Shown piece by piece: positions 45,501 to 57,500 of a stretch of 64,000 nt of DNA. The position numbers and the translations under genes were made by a program. The stretch spans positions 7-64,006 of the forward strand of contig JBBSLH010000001.1 of the NCBI GenBank assembly GCA_038255425.1, given 5' to 3'. Each line of letters opens with the position of its first letter. Position 1 is the first letter of the stretch. Source of the stretch: Acidimicrobiales bacterium (GTDB taxonomy: Bacteria; Actinomycetota; Acidimicrobiia; Acidimicrobiales; Salinilacustritrichaceae). The notes under the pieces are model-generated. The model did not search any database, was not told the origin of the DNA, and worked only from the letters and a program-made list of their open reading frames with translations.

Positions 45501-48500
45501 CCATCTCCGATGGTCAGGTCGCTGCTGCCGTCGCCGAGCGTGACCGTGATGCCGCTGAGCCCGATCTTGGTCAACGAAACCGGGACGTTGGTGAAGAGCA
45601 GCGCCTGGGCGCCGGTGCGGCCGATGAGAAGATCGAGATCGGCGTCGCCGTCGACGTTGGCCAGCAGAACCGTCATCGCACCGGTGGCGGTGGGAGCGAT
45701 CTCGATGCCGCTGCGCACGCCGTTCCACGTGTCGGCGGTCCGTCCCTTGTTGAGGTACAGCAGCGGCGCAGTGGTGGTACCGAGCACGACGTCGAGGATC
45801 CCGTCGCCGTTGACGTCGCCCACCGCGATGCCCCGCCCGGCGGGAGCGGCCGGGGTGGCGACGAGCGCCTGGGCGGTGACTCCGGCCCAAGCGGCACCCG
45901 AGAACTTCTGGTTCACGTAGAGCACCGGTGCCGCACCGCCGACCGAGACGACAATGTCGGCGAATCCGTCGCCGGTGATGTCGCCGGCGGCGACGCCGTG
46001 CACCACCGCGGTGTTGGCGACGGTGACGGCGGTCGAGAACGGCGCCCACACTCCGCCGGTACCGGTCGGCCCTGGGTTGAGGTAGACGTTGTGGGCGACC
46101 CCGGTGTTGGCGACGAACAGATCGAGAAGCGTGTCGTTGTTCAGGTCGACGAGGACGACGCCGGTGGTCTTGTCGTTGGCGAGCGTGTGGCTCGCTGTTC
46201 CTGGCAGCAGGGCGGCAGTGCCGGTGTTGAGGAAGGCCTTGGTGTCGATGCCGACACCGGCACCGTTGGCACCGATGACGACATCGGGTCGGCCGTCGCC
46301 GTTGACGTCTCCCACCGCCACCGAGGTCGCGCTGGGCGTGGTGAGGGTGGTGGTCGCAGCCGAGTCGAACCCGAGCCAAGTCGGCGGCGGGACGGGCGGG
46401 GGCGTGTCGGGCGGGGGCACGAAGAAACCGCGGTTGCGGTACACGACGCTGGTCGTGGCTCGAACCACGAGGACGTCGAGGAGGCCGTCGAGATCGAGGT
46501 CGACGAGTCGCACGGCCTTGACCGCGCCGGTTCCCCCGGTGAACGTCGCGGTCGACGTCGAGGAGAACGCGCCGGGCGCGGTACCGAGGAAGAGGGCGGC
46601 GCCGTCGGCGGAGCCGATCAGCAGGTCGACGCGGCCGTCGTTGTTCACGTCGCCGACCGCGATGGGCGTGTCGGCCACTCCAGCCGGCCCCAGTGCGGTG
46701 CCGTTGCCCGGGAACCCGGGGGTGCTGGTCTGGCTGAAGACGAACGAACCCTGGAAGGTGATGGCTCCCCCGACCACCAGCTGCGCGCCGTCGACCCGCA
46801 CCCGGACGAAGGGGCCGGCGGGCACGGCGAGCACGATCGAGGCCGCGCTGCCGTTGGGCAGCGTCACGGTGAAGGTACGACTCACGGCTGCCGAGCCGGT
46901 GTTGATCTCGAAGGCGACGGTGCCGCCGTTCAGGCTGATGCCCGGGAGGTTGAAGATGCCGCTGATGTCACCGGAGAAGGTGGCGGCGACACCGCCTGGG
47001 GTGATCAGGAGCGCACCGCTCCAGTTCTTGGCGACGGTGATGTCGATGATCGGGTTGGACGGGTTGCCGAGTTTGAGGGTGAGCTGAGCGATGGCGATGC
47101 TGATCTCGCCGGTGCTGCCCTGACGCTCGATGACGATGTTGCCGCCGAGGGACTGCCCGGCGACGTTGAGGTTCACGCCCGTGCCGGTCACCCGGAGCAC
47201 TCCGGCCGGGAGAGTGATGGCCAGGCCGCCGAGCGGGTTCGGCACCGCGGGGGAGGTGACCGCCGTCGTGTTGATCTGGAGACCGAACGTGCCGCTGAGA
47301 TCGACTGCCGGGACGTTGACCTGGATCTGGGCTGCGACTGCGCCGTACAGGCCGCCGGCGGCGAGCACGAAGGTGCCGATGATCTCGGTCACTCGGACGA
47401 GTGGCGACGTGGGTGATCCGAGCGAGAGCTGGCCGTTCGCGATCTCTACGGTCAGCGCCCCGGTCGACTTGGTGATCGTCACGTCGCCGGAGAGCGTCTG
47501 ACCCGCGATGCCGACGATGACGCCGATGCCCTTGACGCGGAGGTCGATCCCGCCGACGAGGACGAGTGTCTTGATGACGCCACCGATGAGGAACGTCTCG
47601 TTGACGTCGCCGCCGGTCGAGTTGAGTTCGAGGGCGAGGGAGCCCTGGAGCGTCACGCCGGGGACGTTCTGGAGGGCGACGGTTCCGCTGACGCTGGCGG
47701 CCATGCCGGTTCCGCTGGTGACGAGCAACGCCTCGCCATCGGTGATGGTGAGGAAGTTGCGGGTTCCATCGCCAAGAGCGACCCGGACGTTGGTGGCTGC
47801 GATCTTGGCCTTGGTTCCAGCCTTGGTGATCGAGAAGTCGCCGCTGATCCGCTGGCCCGCCATGACAAGGACCAGTCCGTTGCCCGCGATGCGCAGATAG
47901 GGACCGGCGGGGAGAGCGACCGAGACCGTGGTGTTCCCGACCTCGAGGGTCTGGGCGACGACGGCGTCCGTGGTGTTGAGCTGGAGGTCGAGGCTTCCGA
48001 TGAGCGAGAAGTCGGAGCCGAGATCGAACAGGACGTCACCGGAGAGCGAGCCGGCCATGCCTCCGGGCGTGATGACGAAGAGCCCCGCCGCGTCGACGAT
48101 GCCGATCCGTGGCGACGACCCGGTCGCGGTACCGACCACCATGAAGTCGACGTCGGAGAGACCGAGGCGCACGACCTGCGCGCCGGCCGCGTTGGTCGCC
48201 TGTTCCAGCACGATGTTGCCGGACAGGGTCTGACCCAAGACAGTGACGGCGACGTTGGTCCCAGCGACCCGCAGGTACGGGCCCGAGGGCAGCCGCTGAC
48301 CACTGACCGTCGCCAGAGCGTTCGTGGAGTTCACCGAGATGGAGATCGTCCCCGCGATCCCGATGCCGGGCACGCTCAACGTGACCCCGACCGACAGGTG
48401 GCCGACCACACCGGCCGAGGTGAGCAGGAACTCGGCCGTGGTCATCGGCGTCTGCGTGGCCGTGACGATCGGCGCCGCGCTCGTCCCGCCCAGGCGCAAC

Positions 48501-51500
48501 GACACGTTGGTTGCCTGGATGCGCACGATGGTGGCGCCGGCGGCGTCGGTCGAGCGAGTGATGACGAAGTCACCGCGCAGGCTCTGGCCGAGGACGTTCA
48601 GCTCGATGCCGGTGCCGCTGATGCGAAGGAACGGTCCGGCCGGGAGCGCGATCGTCGTCGGTGAACCGGAGGCCACGGCGAAGGTCTCGTTGACCAGTGC
48701 CCCCGTCGTGTTGATCTCGACGGCCAGCGTGCCGGCGAACGAGACGCCCGGCACGGTGAGCGCCACGGTGCCGGTGATGCGACCGATCAGTCCGGTCGGG
48801 GTCAACAGGAGCAGGGCGGTGCCGTTGCGGACGGTGACGATCGGTGTGGCGCCGCCGATGTCGAGGGAGAGGCCGGTGATCGCGATGCGAACGGTGCTGA
48901 CGTCGTCGCCGCCGCCAGGGACGCCGTTCGCGCCGTAGGAGGTGGCCATCGTGATGGCGACGTCGCCGCGCAGTTCTTGATCGAGGACGGTGAGCGCCAT
49001 GCCGGTACCGGCGAAACGGACGTATGGACCGGCGGGCAGAGCGAGCGAGACCGTGGTCCCGCCGACGATCGCAGAGGTGTTGACCGCGCTCGTCGTGGTG
49101 TTGATGGAGAGCGACAGGGAACCGGAGAGGCTGATGCCCGCTGGCAGGGTGACGGCGATGGTCCCACCGAGGCGACCGGCGACACCCGATCCGCTGAGGA
49201 CGAGAAGCCCGCTGCCGCCGGTGATCCGGACGCCGTGGGGGCCGGCACCGAAGGTCAGGTCCACACCGGCGAGGGCGACGGTGGTGACCACCGTGCCACC
49301 GGGCCCGACGGATCGTTCGATCAGGGCGTTGCCCGTGAGTATCTGGCCCAGGATCGTGATCGTGAGCCCAGTCCCCTCGACCCGCAGGTACGGCCCGGCA
49401 GGGACGTCGACCACGAGGATCTCGGACCCGAGGTCGATGCTGCGCTGGACCGCCACCGCACCGGAGTTGACGGCCACGCGGAACGTGCCACCGAACACGA
49501 CACCCGGGATGTCCACGGTGAGCGTGCCACCGAGGGTGCCGGCAACGCCGGAGCCGCCAGCGACCAGCACGCCCGAGCCACCGGTCAAGGTGACCCCCGA
49601 GCCGAGCGACAACGACACGTTGGTGGCGGCGATGACGAGGTCACCAGCCGAGGTCTTGTCGAATGCGAAGTCGCCCTGGAACGACTGACCGGCAATCTGG
49701 ACGGTCGCGCCGATCGCCGACATCTGTGTGACGAGTGCGCCATCGGCGAAGGTGACGGCGACACCGGGACCAGTGCTCCCCGCGATCTCGAGGGTCTCGT
49801 CCACCGCCACGCCGGTGTCGTTGACCCGAACCGACACGGTGCCGGTGACCACGAGGCCACTGACACCGATGACGCTCACGGTTCCGCTGGCGACGAGGGC
49901 GTACGCCGAGCCGATCTGGATCAGTCCGATCTTTCCGTTGGTGAGCACGACACCGACGGCGAGCGGGTTCACCTCCCCGGTTCCGAGCTTGTAGGGCCCC
50001 TTGCCGAGGAAGATGGTGAGGCCCTCACCGGCGAACGTCCGTGCTGGCTGGCCACCGACGGTCGAGTCGCTGAACGAGATCGAGCCCTCGATCGTCACGA
50101 AGTCGGCGATGGTCAGACTGAGGTTCGAGAGTGAGACCTCGAATTGGTCGCCTTCTGCGAACTTGACGATCAGGCTGACGGCGCCGATCTGGACCGTCGT
50201 GTCGATCGCTCCCGCCGTTCCGGCGGGCCGGGTGTTGACCCGCAACAGGATGTCGGCGCCGGCCTGGAGCGGACCGGCGGCGAGATCGACCTTCCCCGAC
50301 AGATAACCGGCGATGCCGGTCGACGTGACAACGAAGGCGCCTTCGCCCGCGGTGAGCCGTGCACCCTGCCCGGCGACCAGGACGTCGACCGAGACCTGGG
50401 TGGCGCCGATCACCGTGACCGGGTTCCCGGCGGCGTCGCGGCCCCGCTGGAACGCGAAGTTGCCCGACAGCGAGGGTCCGGTGGTGCCGAGTTGGAGCGT
50501 CGCGCCGAGCGCTTGGATTCGGACGTAGGGCCCGGCCGGGAGGGTGAGCACCGACGTCGAGCCGGCGAGTTGGAAACGCTCGGTGACCGCGGACGCACCG
50601 GTGTTGACGTCGATCCGGACGGTTCCGGCGGTGAAGGTCACGCCGGGGACGGCGAACGTCGCCGTCACGACCACGCTGCCGGCGATGCCCTGGGGCGTGA
50701 CGAGGAATTGTCCCGAGGCCGAATCGACCACCACAGCACCGCCGCCGAGGTTCAGGAACGGCGTGCCCGAGACGTGGGAGATCGCCAGCCGAACGATCTG
50801 AGTTCCGGTGGCGTCGGTGGTCTGCTCGAACGAGAAGTTGCCGTGCAGCGACTGGCCGGCGATCTCGAGGTCGACGTCGGTCAGGACCACCGCGAAGCGT
50901 CGCGACGCGGGCCGGGTGTCGATCTCGATCGCCGCCGTGGCCAAGATCGAGGTGCCGGGTACCCCGATGGCCACGGTCCCCGAGAGCTGACCGTGGACAC
51001 CACCGGGTTCGATCAGGAGACTTCCCGCGGCATCGGAGACGGAGACGATCCCGCCACCGAGCGAGAAGGAGATGTCGTCGAAGGAGAACGACAGCGGCGA
51101 GTTGGTCGCGAATGAGATCGGTCCAGAGAGCACGAAACCGAGGATCGAGACGCTGGCGGTGCCGGCGATTCGCACCAGGGTTCCGCTCGTCGGGGCCGGA
51201 AGCGCGAGCAGCACCTCCTGGCCGCCGAGCACGATCACCTCGTTGACGACACCGGTCGTGGAATTGACCTCGAGGACGAGCGATCCCGTCAGATCGACAC
51301 CGGGGATCGCGACGGAGATCGTCCCCTGGATCCGGGCGGCGATGCCGGCCGAGGTGACGAGGACGACACCGCTCCCGTCAGCCAGCGAGACGACGGGGAC
51401 CCCACCCGCCGAGAAGGCGAACTGGGCGTTCTGCACACCGACGACGACGACCGGGGTGCCGCCCGTCGTGGTCCGTCGTTCGACGGCGACGTCGGCGCTG

Positions 51501-54500
51501 ACGACGTGGCCGCCGACGGCCAGCTGTGCACCGAGTGACTCGACCCGCAGATACGGGCCGGCCGGGAGATCACCGGACGCCGCGGTTCCGGTGTTGACAG
51601 CGACCGTGACGGTACCGAGCGTGAGTCCCGGGATGGCCAAGGCGCCGACGGTCGCCGACAGCCGACCGGCGACGCCGCCGGCGCCGAGGACGAAGGAGCC
51701 GTTGATGCCGGTGAGCCCGAGGAAGGTGGTCGTTCCGTCGCCCAGCTGCAGGGTGCCGCCCGTGATGGCGATGCGGGTGACCGGCGCGCCGGACTCGACG
51801 CGGCGTTCGATGTCGAGCGTGGCCGCGCTCACCGTCTGCCCGGCGATGGTCAGGGCGATGGACGAACCGGTGAGGCGCAGGTAGGGGCCGGCGGGGAGCG
51901 TCACTGCGGGCGTGGTGAAGGTCGCCTCGGCGGCGGTGGTGTTGATGGCGAGTCGTACGCCGGTGCTCAGCGAGACACCGGGAAGGGCGACGGCCACGGT
52001 CCCGCTGAACAGCGCGGCGACGCCAGCGGAGGTGAGGCGGAGCTCGCCGGAACCTCCGGTGAGGGAGACCAGGGCGGTCCCGCCGTCGGCGAACGTCACC
52101 GTCAGGTTGGTGGCGGCGACGGTGAAGCCGCCGACGACCTTGGTGAAGGCCAGGTCGGCGGAGAAGCTCTGCCCGCCGACGGCGACCGTGAGCCCGACGC
52201 CGGAGACCGACACGAACGGTGTCCCGCCGGAGGCAACCTCGCCAGCGCCGAAGGCGACGATCACATCGCCGCCCTCGAACGGGATCGTCTGGTTCAGCGT
52301 CCCGGCGGTCTCGTTGACCCGGACCCGGATCGTTCCGCCGAGGGTGATGCCGGAGAATCCGACGAGCTGGACGGTCCCGCGCACGTCGAGTGCGTACAGG
52401 CCGCCCGACTGTATGTATCCCACGGTGGCGTCGGTGATGAGCAGTCCCCGGGCGAGTGGGTTGCGGGAGCCGTCCGACAGGAAGGCGGGGCCGTCACCGA
52501 CGAAGACGGTCAGGTTCTTCCCCGCGAACTGTCCGGGACTGGCGCTGAAGTCGCCCTCGATGGTGACGAAGGTGCCGATCCTCAGGGTGAGGCCGCTGAT
52601 CGAGACGGCGAAGGTCTCGGCGCCCGACTCGAAGGTGACCGAGACGTCTTGTCCACCGACGCGGACGACCTCGTCGACGGGTCCGCCGGTCGTGTTGATC
52701 CGGACCACGGCGCTGCCGCCGGCTTCGATGCCGCCGAAGTCGGCGTCGAGCCGGCCCGAGAGGTAGCCGGCGAGGCCTGCGCCAGCAAGGACCAGGACAC
52801 CGTCGGCGTTCTCGATGCTGACGCTTCCGGCGACGGACACCTTGCCGTCTCGCACCGCGAGGATGGTGACCGGCGTGGCTCCAGGGACGGACGACCGCTG
52901 GAATGCGAACGTGCCCGAGATGGTTCCGAGCGTCCCGATGGCGAGCGGGCTGCCCTCGGCGATGATGATCTCGGCTCGGACGTACGGACCGGCAGGCAGG
53001 GTGAGCACGGTCGGCGACGTGAGGACGACGGCGGACGCTCCGGTGTTCACCTGGACCGAGACTGTTGCACCGGTCAGTGTCGATGCACCGGGCACGGCGA
53101 TCGAGGCGGTGGCACTGAACGCGCCAGCGACACCGGCGGCCGAGATGACGAGCGTGCCGTTGGCGTCTCCGATCGAGACGAAGGTCCCGATGTCGAGGTC
53201 GACGTCGGTCAGGGTGACCGTGACCACGGACGACCCGTTGGCGGCGGTCGTGCGCTCGAACGACACACCGCCTCGAATCGACTGACCGGCGATTGTGATC
53301 GTGACGTCGGCGCCGGCAATACGGACGTGTTGCTCGGCATCGATCTCGGTCTCGGTGTCGATGTCGGCCGAGATGGTGCCTGTCACGGTCACGCCAGGAA
53401 GTGCGACGCTGACCGCACCGCCGAACGTTCCCAGCACGCCCGTCCGGGTGAGCGTGAACGACGCGGTGGCCCCGGTGATGTTGACGAGTCCGCCGGCCAG
53501 TCGAAGTGAAGCGCCGGTCACCGAGAACGTCGTGGCGGCGGGGCCCTTGCTGATCTGGACGTCGCCAGAGAGCTGTTGGCCCAGGATTTCGATGACGACG
53601 CCGGTGCCGGTGAACCGCACGAAGCCGCCACCGGGGACGGCGACGGAGATCGCTTCGCCGCCGAGGACGAAGGTCTCGTCGACGTCGGCGGACCCCGTGT
53701 TCAGCTCGAGCCCGAACGAGCCGCTGAAGGTGACTCCGGGGATGTCGACCCGGACCGTGCCACCGAGCACGCCGGCGATGCCGTCGGCAGCGATGACGAG
53801 CAGCCCCGTGCCACCCGTGAGCCGGACGATTGGTCCGGTCGACGGCAGGGCGAAGGTGGCGTTCTTGACGGCCACGGTGATCACTGAGCCGCTGCTGGTG
53901 GTCGCCTTCTCGAACGCGAGGTCGGCGCGAAGGGTCTGCGTTGCGACCGTGAGGGTGGCGCCGACGACCTCGACCCGGATGTAGGGGCCAGCGGGAAGGC
54001 CAGCGGCCGCAGTCGAACGGGTGTTGACGGCGACGCGGACCGCTCCCCCGAGCGAGAGCGACGCAGGAGCGGTGTCGACCGTCGCCGCGAGCGTGCCTGC
54101 AACGCCACCGGGCCCGACGTCGAGGAACCCGGCGATGTTCGAGAGCACGATGGTGCCGGGTCCCACGCTGAGCGTGCCGTTGCTGACGGTGACCCGTGTG
54201 ACAGCGGCGCTGTCCGTCCCCCGGCGGGAGAAGCCGAAGGTCCCGGTCAGCTGCTGGCCAGCGATGGTGAGGGTGACCCCGCTGCCGGTGACCGCGACAT
54301 AGGGTCCGGCGGGCAGTGCGGGGATCGCTGGGGTGGTGCCCGTGTCACCGGGGAAGGTGGCACCGGTCGTGTTGACCTGGAGCTGGAGTGCGCCCGTTGT
54401 GAGCGACACACCGGGAACGTCGAGTACGGCGGTGCCCGTTGCCACGCCTGCGATCCCGCCGGACGAGAGATGGAAGGCGCCCGAGCCGGTCACCTTGACG

Positions 54501-57500
54501 ACCGGAGCGCTGGCGCCGGACGGCACGAGACGGAACGACAGACCGGTGACGCCGATGGTGAAGCTGCCGTCGGCGTGCCGCACGAAGCTGAACATGCCCG
54601 TGATGTTCTGACCGAGCAGTCCCAAGGTGAGCGCACCGGCGATCGACGTCTCGTCGGCCGCGAAGCTGACCGAGACCGGGTCGCCGCCCGGCACTGCGAT
54701 GGTCTCGTTCACCGCGCCGAGCTCGTTGACCCGGACGGTGAGTTGGCCGGTGAGCGTGAGGCCACCGATGCCCACCAGCTGGACCGAGCCGGTGGCAGCC
54801 AGCGCGTAGGCACTGCCGTTACGGACGATGCCGATCGTCGCTCCGGTGACCAGCAGTCCTCGCGCGAGTGGGTTGAGGGACCCATCGGCCAGCCACGCCG
54901 GGCCGACGCCGACGAAGAGACGCAGGCCCCTTCCCGCGAATACGTCGCCGGCGGTCCCGGTGCCGAACGTGAAGTCGCCGCGGATGCTGACGAGGTCGGC
55001 GATGTCGAGCGTCACGTCGGTGAGCGCGAGCGAGAACACGCCGCTCGGGTTGGCCTGCGCCTCGGCCGCGCTGAACACCACGTCGACGTCGCGGCCGTTC
55101 AGTGAGACGCTCTGGCTCACCGCTCCGCCGGTCGTGTTGATCCGGAGCAGGGCCTGACTCCCGGCAGTGAAGGGGCCGCTCGGCGGGGTGGAGACCGTGC
55201 CCGACAGGAAGCCGGCGACACCGGTCGCCGGCAGGACGAGCAGACCGGAACCGCCGGTCAGCAGCTGGTCGGAACCCACCGTGACGGTGATCCCGGCCAT
55301 GGCCACGACGACGACCGCGTCCCCGCCGGTGGCGACCTGGCGCGCGAACGAGAATGTGCCGCTGAGGGCACCGAGGGAGCCGACGGCGAACGAACCTCCG
55401 ACGATGGTGATGCGCAGGTACGGACCGCCCGGCAGCCCGGCAGCGGCCGTGGAACGGGTGTTGATGTCGATGGTGACCGACGACGCCGACGCCGTCACCA
55501 TCCCCGGTGTGACCGTGAGGCTGGCCGTGATGCTGCCGGAGATCCCGGTCGAATCGGCGATCAACGTGCCGGCACCGGCTGCCTCGATCGCCGAGCCTCC
55601 AGCGCCGATGGCGAGTGTTGCGCCGGTCGCCGTGAGCGCGAGTTGTTCGCCTGCACGGGTGATCGTCAGGCTCGTGACCGCAAGATCCTGGCCTCCGACG
55701 GAGATCGACGCGCCGCCGGTGGCGTTGAGCGTCCCAGCACCGAGCAGCTGGCCCCCGAGCGTCAGCGGACCGCTGCTCCCGTTGTATGCCACGACCCATC
55801 CGGATCCGGCGAGGGCGACGCCAGGGAGGCCTGTCAGGTCGGCGGAACCGCCCGAGATCCGGAATGCGACGTCGCCGTCGGCCTCGACGAGCAGGTCGAG
55901 TGCGGTTGCCGTCACCGAGAGCGATGGGCCGCCGGTCACGGCGAGGATCGCGGTGGCGCCGGTCGCTGACAGGGTGAGGACACCCGATTGCTGACCCACA
56001 GTCGCGGTGGCGGCCCGGAGCGTGAGCACGTCGCCGACCGTCAGCTCGAGATCGTTCAGCACGAGCGTGAACGATCCCAGGTCGAGCGCTTCGCCGTCGA
56101 CGGCGTAGGTGCCGGAGAGCGTCGCGGTGCCCACGATGGCGCGGACGCCGTTGACGAGGTTGATGCGGACCGTGCCACTCACGGTGACCGAGGCGGTATA
56201 GCTGGGATCCGAACCGCTGATGCCCGAGAAGGACACGGTGAGGGATTCGACGACCAGGACGCCGAGGTCGACATCTTCGAGCGTCCGGGTACGCGGACCG
56301 CTGGCGGCATCGAGGAGGTACTGCTGCAGGATCGGCACGATCGCACCGACGAGACCGTCGAGCGGCGACCCGGTCGTGTACGCGCTGAAGTGGGCCAACC
56401 TGGCCGAGAGCGTCCCGGTGACCGGGTCGTACGCGGTGACCAGCACGTCGAGGGAACCGTCCGGGGCCACGTAGACGATGCGGTCGTCAGCGTTCGAGAC
56501 CCCGACGGCGACGGTCAGTACCGGGTCGATGAGGAAGGTGGTGATCTCGTCACCGGTGCCGTGGGCGTAGGCATGGAGTTCGTACACGGGTGCCGATGTG
56601 CGCAGCCCGGCGACGCTGCGTGCGACCGGCGTGATGGTCACCCAGGCATCGGTGGGGAGGGCACCCGGGAGGAAGACGAGGGAGGCGCCGCCGGCCACGA
56701 CGGTGCCGCCGCGCGACGCCGACACGAAGATTGCGCCGAGGGGCGGGACGAACGGGGAGGCTCCGATGAGGTCGATGGCCTCGTGGGCAACGGTCGAGTC
56801 GTCGGTGACGATGACTGTCGACCCGGTCCCGGTCGTTTCGACGGGACCATCGATGCTGACGGTGGCATGTCGGGAGAGGTGCTCGATGACGGCGGCGCCG
56901 TCGGGAGCGGAGATCGTTGCGTCGGCCGACGGTGGACCGCGGCCCGCGAGGATCGTGATGTCACCGCGGGCGAGCACCGAACCGGTGCCACCCACGGCGC
57001 TCGACAGAGCGCCCAGGATCCCGGCCCCGATTTCCGAGGACGACGCGCCCGCGCCGTTCGACGCGCCAGCGTTGCTCGTCGCCGTGCCTGCGACGATCGC
57101 GACTGCGCGCACTGCTCCGCCGGCGAGGAGCGAGCCTGACAACTCGACCCGAACGTCGGCGAGGACGACGTCGAGTGCGACGGATCGACTCGGCACGGTC
57201 GACGGGATCGGCACGCTCGGGAGTCTCCACGCCGCCGAGCGAGCCACGGCCGCCGCCAGCGCGGCAATACCGGCGAGCGACGGTGCGGTCGTTGATCCGG
57301 GCATCGCGTGGCCACCGCTGATCGCGCTCGTGACCGATGTGCCGTGCGAGACCACCGAGATCGATCCTCCGGCAGACACGTCCCGGTGCACGGAAGACGA
57401 CGCGTCGTGATCCGCGAAGACCACGGCAGCACGTGACGCTCGTGAACGAGCGGTTGCCTCTTGGCGTGAGACAACCATCACGTCGTCGTCGACGGCGAGT

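Larger units (their letters stand above)
38450..56300 (-). repeat. Unassigned beta-strand-rich repeat region (about 110-130 aa units with INT...LPAGPYxR signature)
   Basis: About 20 close matches to (L/V)P(A/G/S/K)GP(Y/F)(L/V/I)(R/K), plus degenerate copies, each preceded by (I/V/L)N(T/S/N) and followed by GQx(L/I)xGxFxF. Confidence 0.8.

Noticed and set aside
29970-56975. Several RGD tripeptides in the giant protein (e.g. LARGDIT, IRGDFTF, LRGDVAI, IRGDFGD)
   Set aside because: Most fall at the xGxF strand position of the repeat, where SGD/TGD/SGN also occur. This is expected by chance in 15,000 Gly-rich residues and is no evidence for integrin binding.
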